DNA of 64,000 nt. It comes from Candidatus Multivoradales bacterium (GTDB lineage: Bacteria > Acidobacteriota > Thermoanaerobaculia > Multivoradales > Multivoraceae). A program made the translations under genes and the position numbers. Location of the stretch: NCBI GenBank assembly GCA_965223325.1, contig CBDCWI010000002.1, positions 712,351-776,350 of the forward strand, given 5' to 3'. This document shows positions 36,898-47,763 of the stretch, piece by piece. How positions within the stretch are numbered: position 1 is the first letter of the stretch; each line of letters starts with the position of its first letter. A model generated the notes under the pieces. It was not told the DNA's origin. It saw nothing but the letters and a program-made list of their open reading frames with translations, and did no database searches.

Positions 36898-38186
36898 AGA
36901 CCGTATCTCGCCACGCTATATGCCACCCAAAGGATCTGGCTAAGGATCGCGAACAGGCCAGCAGCAACGAGAAGGCCACGCCGCCACTGAGGTGGGGGGT
37001 TGAAGCTTTGGGCTAAGAGCACCGCGACCCAGGGTGCCCAACCCCAGAAATACCAGCCCCCCACAGCACCCCAAACGCCAAAAACCTTTCGCTTTCCAAC
37101 AGCAAAGGCCACGAACCCGATCGCCGCTACGATCAGTCCCGCTATGTGCGGAATCGTTCCCGACGAAGGCCTAGGCCTTGCGAGAAAAAATAGCACCAGC
37201 GTGAGCACGGCGAAGAACACGACAAGCCAGCCGGGTGGACGGATACCACTCCAGCCGCCTAGCCAGAACGCCGTTTTGAAGAAGGTATACGCGCTATGAG
37301 CAAGGCCCTTCGCCACCACAAGTGCTGAGTCCGTGAGTACGACCGAAGAATTCAGTTCTAGGGTCCCTCCCCACTGCCACCCTCTCCAAAGCTGAACGGG
37401 AAAAACCGCGGCCGTAGCAGCAACCCCAGCGGCGACCAATCGCCAAGAACGATCGCGTATCCACTGAGTGATGACCACCGCAGCGACGGGAAGCGCTGTG
37501 AGCTTCAAGAGCGGACCCACGGCAAGGAGCGCCACCGCTAGCCATGCCCGCGTCGCCTTGGGCCGACGTCCCACAATGATCAGCACCACGAGTGCCCAGA
37601 AAAAGATTGGCGCATCGTTGGATACTCGAATGAGCGACTCTGACGCTCCTGGTAAGAGAAGAAGGGCGAGTAACACTGCTTCTGACCCGGGGTGTCGCCG
37701 TTCAAGCCGGGGTAACCCAACCCACAAGGCAAGAGCCATTCCCACCACTGCCGCGAGTCGGATGAGAAGCAGTTGAAGCTCGGGCGATGTTCCACCTGCA
37801 CGGACAACCCCATAGGCCAACAGATAAGCGAGAGGCGGCTGGTGCGCCTGGTAGTTCGGATATTTCTCAAGCCTCGGTCCCTCAAGGATGGGCTCCGGAC
37901 GGAGTAGGTTGAACCCCGACGGACTCTCTTTGTTGAACGGCGGGCAGCCAAACGCGGCGTTCATATCGGGACCACACGGTCGCGCTTCTAGCGTTGAGAT
38001 GAGAAGGGGATCGAGGGCGTCTTCGGGGGTTCCCAGCGCTAGGGCACGTACCCGCGCAAGATGAAACGGTTCGTCTGGGCCCTCAAAGGCCGGCACCGCC
38101 AACGCATGCATCACGAAGATCAGTAGCAAGACGATGCGAACGCCTATCTTCGTCCTCTCAAAGGTCTGTGGTTTGATTCGTTCCAC
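36894..38186 (-). CDS. Polytopic membrane protein, GT-C / DUF2142-like glycosyltransferase
   Basis: FEGPDEPFH and YQAHQPPLAY motifs, VSND, KLT, many TM segments; visibly more AT-rich than the flanks. Confidence 0.7.
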   Translation of the reverse strand: MERIKPQTFERTKIGVRIVLLLIFVMHALAVPAFEGPDEPFHLARVRALALGTPEDALDPLLISTLEARPCGPDMNAAFGCPPFNKESPSGFNLLRPEPILEGPRLEKYPNYQAHQPPLAYLLAYGVVRAGGTSPELQLLLIRLAAVVGMALALWVGLPRLERRHPGSEAVLLALLLLPGASESLIRVSNDAPIFFWALVVLIIVGRRPKATRAWLAVALLAVGPLLKLTALPVAAVVITQWIRDRSWRLVAAGVAATAAVFPVQLWRGWQWGGTLELNSSVVLTDSALVVAKGLAHSAYTFFKTAFWLGGWSGIRPPGWLVVFFAVLTLVLFFLARPRPSSGTIPHIAGLIVAAIGFVAFAVGKRKVFGVWGAVGGWYFWGWAPWVAVLLAQSFNPPPQWRRGLLVAAGLFAILSQILWVAYSVARYGL

Positions 38187-38284
38187 TATTCAGACCAGCC
38201 AAACGGTTTGCGATGGTTCAAGGGTAAAGGGAAGCTCACGAGGTAGATCACCAGCCTAGGCGGAAGGATGCGGAGGTGACCAGT

Positions 38285-38353
38285 TTTCTCGGTCTTCAAT
38301 GTGTCGAAGAAGCTCTCGACCACAGCATGATCCCAGCAGTCTCCTCGGCGACT
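38285..38353 (-). mobile_element. IS3-family transposase fragment
   Basis: [22 protein letters not shown] matches the IS3 DDE C-terminal motif (S..G.CWDNA..ESFF..LK.E). Confidence 0.8.
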
Positions 38354-38560
38354 CGGAGCCGGTTCGAAGTCTGTTCTGGACTCCACGATCTCGCCCATCG
38401 GCGGTCCTGCCGACGTCCGTGTCGGCGCCCGGTCCATCTCACAGATGGACCCGGCAGAACCTGACCATCGGGCCTGGCGATTCTCCCCGCCAGACGATCC
38501 TGAAGGTAGTTCCGAAGACGACGGTTGCTAGCCAGCTTCGACGGCTTTGGTCGTCGGGGA
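38350..38560 (-). mobile_element. IS30-family transposase fragment
   Basis: [21 protein letters not shown]...[23 protein letters not shown]; WSPEQ is an IS30 hallmark. This reading frame is absent from the ORF track. Confidence 0.75.
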
Positions 38561-38668
38561 CGGCTCGAAGGGGCGACCTTCGGCAGCCAGCGGCGTCGCC
38601 AGAAGCGTGGCCGCTACGGCAGTCGCCGCCAGGGCGATCGTCAGTGTAGTTCTCATGGACGCATTCAT
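38561..38668 (-). pseudogene. 5' fragment (signal peptide) of a secreted protein cut by the IS30 remnant
   Basis: The ATG overlaps the upstream stop (ATGA). It reads MNASMRTTLTIALAATAVAATLLATPLAAEGRPFE and then switches into IS30 sequence. Confidence 0.6.
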
Positions 38669-40533
38669 TGCCCTTCTCCTTCGAGCAGCCAGCCTTCGGT
38701 CAGCGCAGCATGGTGAATCACTTTTCGCGCTCCCTCGTGCTGGCTGTAGGTGAGATGAATCGTGCCATCGGGCCCCTGATATGACGACGGATAGTGGAAG
38801 CGAGCACTCTCGGGTGGCGCCTCGGCAATCGTTCTCCTGGCGCTCCAGGTGCGGCCCTCGTCTTCAGACAGCGAGGCCGCGAGAAGATGCCGACCATCGG
38901 CGAGAGCGTTGTGAAACAGGATCCAGCGACCGCTCTCGAGCTCGAGCAAGTCGACTCCCGCGCCTGATTCCGGCAGGCCCGGTACGTCATGGGCGATCGT
39001 CCAGGTACCGCCGCGGTCGCTCGACTCGGCGGTCAGAACGAGCTTTGGCGGCGGCCCGTTGTCACGCATGTAGGCAACGACGGTGCCGTCGTCGCGCTGT
39101 CCGAACGAGGGCTGCACGGCGCCGCCGCCGATGATCGGCTCGGACATCGTCCAGGTCAAGCCGCCGTCGTCGCTGGCGCTTGCCGCAGCGAACGAGAAGC
39201 CATCGGAGTAGAGCCCCACCAGGAGGCGCCCGTTGTCGAGCTCCACCGGATGGGCGCGGGTGAACCAGCCCAGTCGACGGGTCAGTTTGTCGCTGGCCTG
39301 GCTGAGGTTGCGAGCGAGCCACGAAGCAGCCGGCTCGGGCGGGTTCTCTGGGTCGAGGCCGAGGCTTTCGAAGTACTGAAACGTCTTGGCTTCGACCACC
39401 GCGGCAAAGTCTTCTCCGGGTTTACCGGGAAGAACACCGGCACGCGACCACACCGGCGGCCCCTCGCCAATGGACCAGCCGGAGTCGGCAACGCGGTACT
39501 GCAAGAGAGCGCTTTCCCACAGGTTGGCCAGAATCACCGGCCAGAACAAGAACAGCCGGCCGTCGCCATCGACCATCAGAGTGCAGTTGGTGTCGGGGAA
39601 GTCGGGCGTGTCGGCGAGAACGAACGGCTCGCTCCAACCGCTTCTGGCAGACCGCTCGGCTCCGAGTCGCGAGGCCAGGATGCGCGTGTCGTCGGCGCGC
39701 CGCTCGCCCGAGCCACTGAACCAACTGACCATCAGCGCTCCGTCAGGCGCCGAGACCACCGACGAACCGTGATTGTGCACGCCAGCCAGCTCGCTCGCAG
39801 GCGAGAACACGTCGCGATCGGTGCGCCAGGCAACGTGGCGGCGCAGGATCTCACCCCACAGGAAGTACCCCGCGTCGCTCAGGTGCAAGCCATCCTGGAC
39901 AAACAACCCGGCGCGCGGTTTTCCATCGCTCCCCAGCATGGGCGTATCGATGTCGACGTAGACCAGCCGAGACTCGCCCTCTGCACGCGCGCTCACACCC
40001 TGGTTCACGGCGCGCATCGGCTCGATGAGCTCCCAGCGGGCCAGGCTCGGCTTGATCGCCACGAAGAAGAGACGGGTGCCTGGAAAGTCAGTCCACAGGC
40101 GGGCGGTGAAAGCGTCGAAGTCTGCCAACACCCGTTGCGGAGTCTTCCCCGCCGCGATGTCGTTGTCTCCGGCGTAGAACACCACCTCACGCGGCGCGTG
40201 TGGCACGACCAGCGTGTCGAACCATTCGACCGAATCGGCGATCTCTGAACCGCCGAACCCCCTGTTGGTCGCCGGCCAGTCAGGGAAGAAACGCGGCAGG
40301 TCCCAGAATCGAATACTCGAGGAACCGAGGAAGAGGACTCCTCCCGGTACGGGCGGCTCGGCTCGGTCCTGGGCCTTGAACGCGTCCATCGCCTTCTGCC
40401 AGCGCGACGCCGGAGAGGTCACCTGGGTCGGAGATGCGGAGGCGCGGCTGGACGAAATCGCTGTGGCCGCACCGGCTACTGCAACGAGCGCCACCACCAG
40501 TCCCACCGCCTGTCCCTTCGTGCGTCTTGCCAT
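38665..40533 (-). CDS. Secreted SGNH/GDSL esterase - BNR/sialidase fusion
   Basis: SGNH blocks FLGSSSI, NRGFGGS, YAGDND and DGLHL, followed by Asp-boxes SDDGGLTW, SSDRGGTW, SEDEGRTW and YPS. Confidence 0.85.
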   Translation of the reverse strand: MARRTKGQAVGLVVALVAVAGAATAISSSRASASPTQVTSPASRWQKAMDAFKAQDRAEPPVPGGVLFLGSSSIRFWDLPRFFPDWPATNRGFGGSEIADSVEWFDTLVVPHAPREVVFYAGDNDIAAGKTPQRVLADFDAFTARLWTDFPGTRLFFVAIKPSLARWELIEPMRAVNQGVSARAEGESRLVYVDIDTPMLGSDGKPRAGLFVQDGLHLSDAGYFLWGEILRRHVAWRTDRDVFSPASELAGVHNHGSSVVSAPDGALMVSWFSGSGERRADDTRILASRLGAERSARSGWSEPFVLADTPDFPDTNCTLMVDGDGRLFLFWPVILANLWESALLQYRVADSGWSIGEGPPVWSRAGVLPGKPGEDFAAVVEAKTFQYFESLGLDPENPPEPAASWLARNLSQASDKLTRRLGWFTRAHPVELDNGRLLVGLYSDGFSFAAASASDDGGLTWTMSEPIIGGGAVQPSFGQRDDGTVVAYMRDNGPPPKLVLTAESSDRGGTWTIAHDVPGLPESGAGVDLLELESGRWILFHNALADGRHLLAASLSEDEGRTWSARRTIAEAPPESARFHYPSSYQGPDGTIHLTYSQHEGARKVIHHAALTEGWLLEGEGQ

Positions 40534-40545
40534 CTCCAGTCACCT

Positions 40546-40581
40546 CGCCATTGAAGGCGCCCTTGAAGACGCCATTGGAAT
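40546..40581. repeat. Three tandem degenerate 12-bp repeats in a divergent promoter region
   Basis: cgccattgaagg cgcccttgaaga cgccattggaat. Confidence 0.7.
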
Positions 40582-40838
40582 CGTGGCCGCGATCCTCTCA
40601 CGCCCTCATTCTGGGAACGAGGCGCCAAGGGACCGAGGCGATGCCCAGCCGGCCCGTGAGGGCGCGCACCGGTCGAAGACGCCGGAACTCCAGCCGGGGA
40701 GGCTCAGGCCCATCGCGCTCCCCAGCCAGACCGCGGTGACGTAGACTCCCCGGGCACACTTTCGATACATCCACGATGATCGGTAGCAGAGGCGCTGGAG
40801 ATCTGCGCCCCGCTGCTTCACCGATGCGGAGAAACATC

Positions 40839-41273
40839 ATGCGCACACAGAGAGCTGTCATCCTTTCGCTAGCCATCCTCGGTCTACTCTTCAACGTCGC
40901 CTGCGCGTCGACTGGCGGTGGTGGTGCTGCGGCCATACCGCCAGAGCAGCAGATTGAAAGCCTGCTCGACAGCATCACCACGGCCCTGTCCGGTGCCGAC
41001 ATCGAAACCATGATGTCGTACTACTCGGACGACTTCATGTCTGACCAGGGTCAGGACAAGGCAGCGACCACCACCTTCCTGTCGACGGTCGCCGAACAGG
41101 GCTTCCTCGAAGGTGTCGAGATCGACAACACGTCGCGCACCATCGCCGTTGACGGCGATACGGCAACCGTCGAAGGCGTTGGCCTTTCGGGTGCCTTCGG
41201 CGTTCTCACCCTGGGCTTCAAGCTCGAGAACCGCGACGGCAACTGGGTGGTCACCTACCAGTCCCAGCAGTAG
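40839..41273 (+). CDS. Lipoprotein with NTF2/SnoaL-like domain
   Basis: Lipobox NVAC, GGAGA RBS, D.E.MMSYYSDDF pattern. Confidence 0.75.
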   Translation: MRTQRAVILSLAILGLLFNVACASTGGGGAAAIPPEQQIESLLDSITTALSGADIETMMSYYSDDFMSDQGQDKAATTTFLSTVAEQGFLEGVEIDNTSRTIAVDGDTATVEGVGLSGAFGVLTLGFKLENRDGNWVVTYQSQQ

Positions 41274-41294
41274 ACCGAGAGACAGCGGTCGAAG

Positions 41295-41333
41295 GAAGGG
41301 CGGCAGGGGTCACTCTGTCGCCCCCTTCTTTTT
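41295..41333 (+). terminator. Rho-independent terminator
   Basis: gaagggcggcagggg-tcac-tctgtcgcccccttc followed by ttttt. Confidence 0.65.
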
Positions 41334-41395
41334 GGAGTCCTTCTTCTTGGCGCCGATTCTCCCGGCGACTCTGCGATGGCGGCCGCTCCTCCCGG

Positions 41396-42823
41396 TCACG
41401 CCAGCGTTCGCAGGTGGTTCGAGGCGCAGCGGTAGCCACCGTTTCTGATCACGCTTTCAGACAGCGGTGGCATGAGTTCGAGGGCATAACCGAATCGCCT
41501 GAAAGCCAGAGTTGCCAGCTCATCCCCGGCCGGCAGACCGGAGGCAAAGCCCACCGCAACTCTCTTTCGGTCCAAGACCTCGAGCACTGTGTTGTTCCAA
41601 CCCAGGAGGAAGCGAGCGGTGAGTCCTCTGCCGAGCGGTGGTGGTAGAAGCGCGAGAGGCAGGCGCCCCACCTCGAGACCGAGGCGGGCCAGGTGCTTGG
41701 CGATCGAGTCCAGGAAGACCTCGAGCCCGCGGCCTGCAACGCCACCGGCAGCTTCTACAGCCTCCGCCACCAGGCGCGTGCCAGAGGCGAGGTGAAACGT
41801 ACGCGCGAGCTCCGCAACAGCCTCCGGCGGCTGACTGGCCAGCAAGTCACTGCCCGCTTCCAGGCTGCCAACCAGCGCCGCGGGGAGGGCATGCGCACGC
41901 GGCAGAATCGTCACCAGCGAGTCCAGGTCATGACCGGCGCCTTGCCCGAGGGCGAGAATCTCCCGCACACGCCCCTGCGAAGAGCCCGCGCCTGGAAGAC
42001 CGTGCACGAACCGAATCGGCCGCCCCAGCGCGGTACCGAGCTCAGCCGCCGCCCGAGAAACCGCCACCAGATAGCGGCGCAGTCCCGCCGCGGTCTGCAG
42101 TGCAGCCAGTGGAATACGCGGCTCGCCCAGGAGCTGCAGCACGCGGCGTTCGAGGCTGTGCAGCGAGACCCAGGCCGCGCCATCGGCGAGCAGGATCTGG
42201 CCGTTGTGAAATGGCGTCGGTGCCGTCGACCACAGCGGGCGACCGAGCCGCTCCCACATCCGCGATGGCAGTCGGTCGATCAAGAAGGGGGCCATTCTCG
42301 AGTCGGCAGCACGACCACGCTGGCGGTTCGGCCGCACCAGAAAGTGCGGCCGACCGTCCATCGTGAACAGAAAGGTCATCGCGTCGCGCGGCCAGGGCGA
42401 GAAACCCTCGGCGGTACTGTCGAGCGGAACCAACTCCAACTCCCCGGCAAGCGCCTGAAGCTGCGCAAGCAGAGCGCCGTTGGTGAGAACGATCAGCGAG
42501 CGCTCGCCAATCGAGGCCTCGCGGACTCGCCGCAACAGATCTTCGGCCCGCCGGGCGCTGACGAAGCCGTGCGGAAACGAGAACACCGACGCGACGATCG
42601 GTTCTGTGTCGGCACTCAAAACCCGTCCGGGTGGCGGCCATACCGCTGGCTCGTCACTGCGCGAGGGGCGAGACGCCATTTGGGTCATTCGGATGATCTC
42701 CGCGGCACCTCCCGCGTTGGCCAGCGTCAGGCAGCCGACCGCTGCGGAACCCAGGAACCTTCGGCGACTCGCCGAGGCTGATCCCGCTGGCGAGCATGCT
42801 GCCCTCGCTCGGCTCCCGGACAC
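41396..42823 (-). CDS. Tat-signal pentein-superfamily (agmatine/peptidylarginine deiminase-like) protein
   Basis: SRRRFL signal; WPRD, HDLD, WNN and C-terminal GGYRC motifs. The start (GTG 42823) is inferred. Confidence 0.6.
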   Translation of the reverse strand: MSGSRARAACSPAGSASASRRRFLGSAAVGCLTLANAGGAAEIIRMTQMASRPSRSDEPAVWPPPGRVLSADTEPIVASVFSFPHGFVSARRAEDLLRRVREASIGERSLIVLTNGALLAQLQALAGELELVPLDSTAEGFSPWPRDAMTFLFTMDGRPHFLVRPNRQRGRAADSRMAPFLIDRLPSRMWERLGRPLWSTAPTPFHNGQILLADGAAWVSLHSLERRVLQLLGEPRIPLAALQTAAGLRRYLVAVSRAAAELGTALGRPIRFVHGLPGAGSSQGRVREILALGQGAGHDLDSLVTILPRAHALPAALVGSLEAGSDLLASQPPEAVAELARTFHLASGTRLVAEAVEAAGGVAGRGLEVFLDSIAKHLARLGLEVGRLPLALLPPPLGRGLTARFLLGWNNTVLEVLDRKRVAVGFASGLPAGDELATLAFRRFGYALELMPPLSESVIRNGGYRCASNHLRTLA

Positions 42824-42990
42824 TCCTGGGTTTCCTATCTGACGCCGGACGACCGCAACGACTCCAGGAAACAGTAGGAGGAGCAAGGAATGCAGCGCAA
42901 GGCAAGCGGTGCGAGGGCCGAACCCCTGCCTCGAACACGCAAGAGATAGGGATCGGATTCGATCCCGGGAAGAGAACCGCTGGCCTGCGC

Positions 42991-44112
42991 TCAGTCCCGA
43001 GGTTCTGAGTCGCAGTCCTCGCGGGCAACCAGCGCGGTGCCTGAGGAGTGCGGACCCCTGAGGATCTCGAACATGTCGATCTTGGTATCGCCGTCGTAGT
43101 CGAGCGTGACTGCGCCCATCGAGCCCCATGACGTGCGCGGAAACAGGGGTTCGGTCTTGTCAACGAATGTCTTGCCGGCCTGGTTCTCGTAGTAGTGGTC
43201 GTCGCCTTGCATGTTGAGGAGGAACACGTCGGGATACCGGTCGCGGTTCCAGTCGACGATGAGCGCATCGCCCGACCAGCTGCCGTCGACGAAGCTGACC
43301 TGTTCGGAGACCTCTTCGAACCGCCAACCGCCGAGGTTCTTGTAGAGCCGCGACCGCTCCGTGCGTTCGGGGTAGCGATGACCGGAGAAGGCGTCTTCGC
43401 GCCCGATGTGGTAGCCGCCCGCACCGCGGTTCTCGGTCGTATAGGAGCCTACGACCACCGACAGAATGTCCAGCTGGCCGTCGAGATCGAAGTCGAAGAG
43501 AACCGGCGCCGATGCGTGCCCAACGTAGTCGACTCCGGCCTCGGCTGCGCGTTCGCGGAACCTCCCTTCCCCGAGGTTTTCGAACAGCGCCGTCCCCTGG
43601 CGCACCGTCGTCACCTAGAGGTCAGGGTCTCCGTCGTTGTCGACGTCGCCAAAGGTCGCACTCACACTGATCCGCCCGGACATGTCCACACCGGCGCGAA
43701 CCGTCCAGTTCTCGAAGCGTCCGTTTCCGCGGTTGTGCCACAACTCGTTCGACCCGATCTGGTTCACGAAGTAGAGATCGGGCAGCCCGTCACCATCGAC
43801 ATCGCCCGCCGCCAGGCCGTTGCCGTGGTCCCAGTGGCTCATCTTCCAGTACAGCCCGCCGTCGTCGACGATGCGATGCACAAAGGAAATGCCACTCTCG
43901 TCGATTCGATCGGTAAAGGAAAACCCCGGGGCGATTGGGTTCTCCCGACGCGCGTCTTTCGCCCTCGCGGCAAGCGAGTCAGAAACTTTGTCGCCCTCGG
44001 GCACCCTCCATGTCTGCCAGTCCTGCTGCGCAGAAGCGGCATCGGCCGGCGCCAGAAAAAACGCCCCGGTCACCAACGCTGTCAGCAAAAGATCTCGCGC
44101 CCTCACGGCCAC
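42991..44112 (-). pseudogene. CRTAC1/FG-GAP-repeat protein interrupted by an in-frame TAG (43615-43617) and lacking the ASPIC/UnbV C-terminus
   Basis: GNGLAAGDVDGDGLPDLYFVN, FGDVDNDGDPDL*VTT, FDFDLDGQLD and DWNRDRYPD repeats lie in one frame across the stop. Confidence 0.85.
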
Positions 44113-44846
44113 TGCGCGCTGTTCTTGAGCATGTGCGCAGCGCCATGCGCGGCGTTGATCACAGCGTTCTCACCGAACAACCGCTCTTTCTGGCCGCCAA
44201 AAAGCTCCCGGTTGGCAGCCAGTGGGGCCAACTCGGTCGCTTTCTGCATCGTCGTGCTCTCGAGCTCCTCGAGGGCAGCGGTCTGCTGCACGAGCCCCGC
44301 AGCGAGGGCATCGGCCCCCGTCCAGCGACGCGCCATCTGCACCGTTTCATAGAACACATCTGCTCGTAGCTTGTGGCGAAACAGGGCAAGCTCGGGGCTG
44401 GGTATGGTCAGCCCGAGTTGCATCTCGTTGGCGCATAGGAAGCCACGGTCGGCACGCATGATGCGCGTGTCGCAGCACAACGCCGCCATGAGACCGGCTC
44501 CGAAGGCGTGGCCGTTGATGGCGCAAACCGTCGGCACGGGGAACGTGATGATGCGCCCCATGAGAGCCATGAACTCCGTTCCGAAGGTGTTTCGATCGCC
44601 GCCCTCGGGATGGTCATCCGGGGCCATCACCCAATCGAGGTCGAGCCCATTCGAAAAGAACTTCGGATCATGCGAAGAAACAACCAGTGCCGCCGCACCC
44701 TCGGACGCCTCGACCGCGTCGAGAGCGGAGCTCCAGCGCCGCACGAACGTTGTATTCCAGCGATTCTGCCCGGCGACCATCGTCAGCTTGTAGACGGGGT
44801 CATGGTGTTCGAGATCGATCAATCTCGTCTCCTCGGCGCCAGGCAC
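44103..44846 (-). CDS. Enoyl-CoA hydratase/isomerase (crotonase) family
   Basis: KFFSNGLDL, PTVCAINGHAFGAG and ANEMQLG motifs. Confidence 0.9.
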   Translation of the reverse strand: MPGAEETRLIDLEHHDPVYKLTMVAGQNRWNTTFVRRWSSALDAVEASEGAAALVVSSHDPKFFSNGLDLDWVMAPDDHPEGGDRNTFGTEFMALMGRIITFPVPTVCAINGHAFGAGLMAALCCDTRIMRADRGFLCANEMQLGLTIPSPELALFRHKLRADVFYETVQMARRWTGADALAAGLVQQTAALEELESTTMQKATELAPLAANRELFGGQKERLFGENAVINAAHGAAHMLKNSAQWP

Positions 44847-46121
44847 TTACGGCTGCTTGATGCTGTAGAGGTTCTCGCGGCCACGCAGCAGAATGCGATC
44901 GCCAACCACAACCGGCGAAGCATCGAAGCGATCCTCGAGACGATTGCTTGCCAGGACTTTGAACTCGTCGGCGGCCTCGAGAACGACGGTTCCTCCCTGG
45001 CGACCGGCCATGTAGACCCGACCTGCGGCACCGACCGGTGAAGCGTAGACACCCTTGAGACCTTCAATACGCTGTGGACCGACCAGGTGCTTGCCGGTTG
45101 CGGCATCGAGGACGGTCAAGAGAGCGTTGTTGCTCTTGAAGAAATAGAGCCTGCCCTGGTAGAGCAAGGGCGACGGGACGTACGGCGTGTCGCGATCGAG
45201 CGTCCACAGAATGTGCTCGGAATCGGTGATGTCGCCTTTGGCGCCGGCAAGGCGAATGGCCATCAGGGCGTTGCCGCGGAAACCGCTCATCAAATAGACC
45301 GTGCCGTCCTGGGAAACCGGCGTGGGGATGGCGTTCAGGGTCATGCCACTGGCTTCCCAGATCTCCTCGCCGGCGGCCAGATCGTAGGACTTGATGCGCC
45401 TGGTTGCGCTCACGATGACCTGCGGGCGACCCTCGACTTCGACGATGTAGGGCGTCGACCAGGAAGTCAGCTCGTCGCGCGAACGCTCCCAGGCAATCTC
45501 GCCGGTTGCCGTATCGAGCGCCACGATCTTCGAGTCACCCTCGTGATCCCAGTTGATGACGATGCGGTCGCCGAAGAGCGCCGGCGAGCTGCCCTCGCCG
45601 AATGCCATCCGGGTCCGCATGTCGCCGAGGTCGATCTCCCACTGTTTCTCGCCGTCCATGTCATAGGCGAACAAGCCATACGAACCAAAGTAGGCGTAGA
45701 TGCGTTCGCCATCGGTGAGTGACGAGGCCGAGGCCCAGGTTCCATCCGGATGGGTGCCCTCGATCGGCGTCCCTTCGTAAACCACCTTGCGCCAGAGCTC
45801 CTCGCCCGACTCGAGATCGAAAGCCAGGAGCGCCCACTGGTGTTCGTCTTCCTTGTCGCCACCGCGACCGTCTTCGGAAGCGGTGTTGATCGCCGTGCTG
45901 AGGTAGATGCGACCCTGCCAAACGATGGGGGTTGAGCTTCCGAGGCCCTCGAGGGGGACCTTCCACTCGACGTTCTCCGACTCCGACCAGGTCACCGGCG
46001 GATCGCCCTCTGGGGCTTCGCCGGTCCCCAGCGGACCGCGCCATTGCGGCCAGTCGGATGACCAGGCGGGCACGATGGCGAGAACCACGATTGACAGTAC
46101 AGAAAGGACCGGTTTGTGCAT
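44847..46121 (-). CDS. PQQ-binding-like beta-propeller protein (BamB-like)
   Basis: DWPQWRGP.G.G, W...WKVPLEGLGSSTP, YVPSPL and YASPV..SPVV motifs. Confidence 0.9.
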   Translation of the reverse strand: MHKPVLSVLSIVVLAIVPAWSSDWPQWRGPLGTGEAPEGDPPVTWSESENVEWKVPLEGLGSSTPIVWQGRIYLSTAINTASEDGRGGDKEDEHQWALLAFDLESGEELWRKVVYEGTPIEGTHPDGTWASASSLTDGERIYAYFGSYGLFAYDMDGEKQWEIDLGDMRTRMAFGEGSSPALFGDRIVINWDHEGDSKIVALDTATGEIAWERSRDELTSWSTPYIVEVEGRPQVIVSATRRIKSYDLAAGEEIWEASGMTLNAIPTPVSQDGTVYLMSGFRGNALMAIRLAGAKGDITDSEHILWTLDRDTPYVPSPLLYQGRLYFFKSNNALLTVLDAATGKHLVGPQRIEGLKGVYASPVGAAGRVYMAGRQGGTVVLEAADEFKVLASNRLEDRFDASPVVVGDRILLRGRENLYSIKQP

Positions 46122-46317
46122 TGCTGGCTTCTCCGAAGGGTCAGGGAAGAGTTGGCCGGTGGTTCGCCGGCGAGTACTCGGGGAAGTCTAGCGGGCGCCG
46201 CGATGCGGCGAGGCCGCACGCCTCTTGCTTCTTGCCTCTTGGCTCTCGCCTCGCGCGTATAGGCTCTACCCTCCAAGCCCCTTCTTTCGGTCGACTCCTC
46301 TGTGAGGGCCTCACATC

Positions 46318-47762
<1,445 letters not shown>

Positions 47763-47763
<1 letters not shown>

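Noticed and set aside
42833-42952. Possible degenerate third copy of the 158-bp element core (acgac..cagg..aggag..caa with a cctatct/agatagg mini-IR)
   Set aside because: The similarity is short and gapped, and the IR is only 7-8 bp; it cannot be distinguished from chance without a covariance model.
43615-43617. Amber readthrough (pyrrolysine or recoding)
   Set aside because: TAG is used as a normal stop by many genes here, no pyl genes are seen, and the gene is also truncated.
46221-46255. Degenerate heptamer run (cctcttg cttcttg cctcttg gctctcg cctcgcg)
   Set aside because: A short low-complexity intergenic microsatellite with no further support for function.
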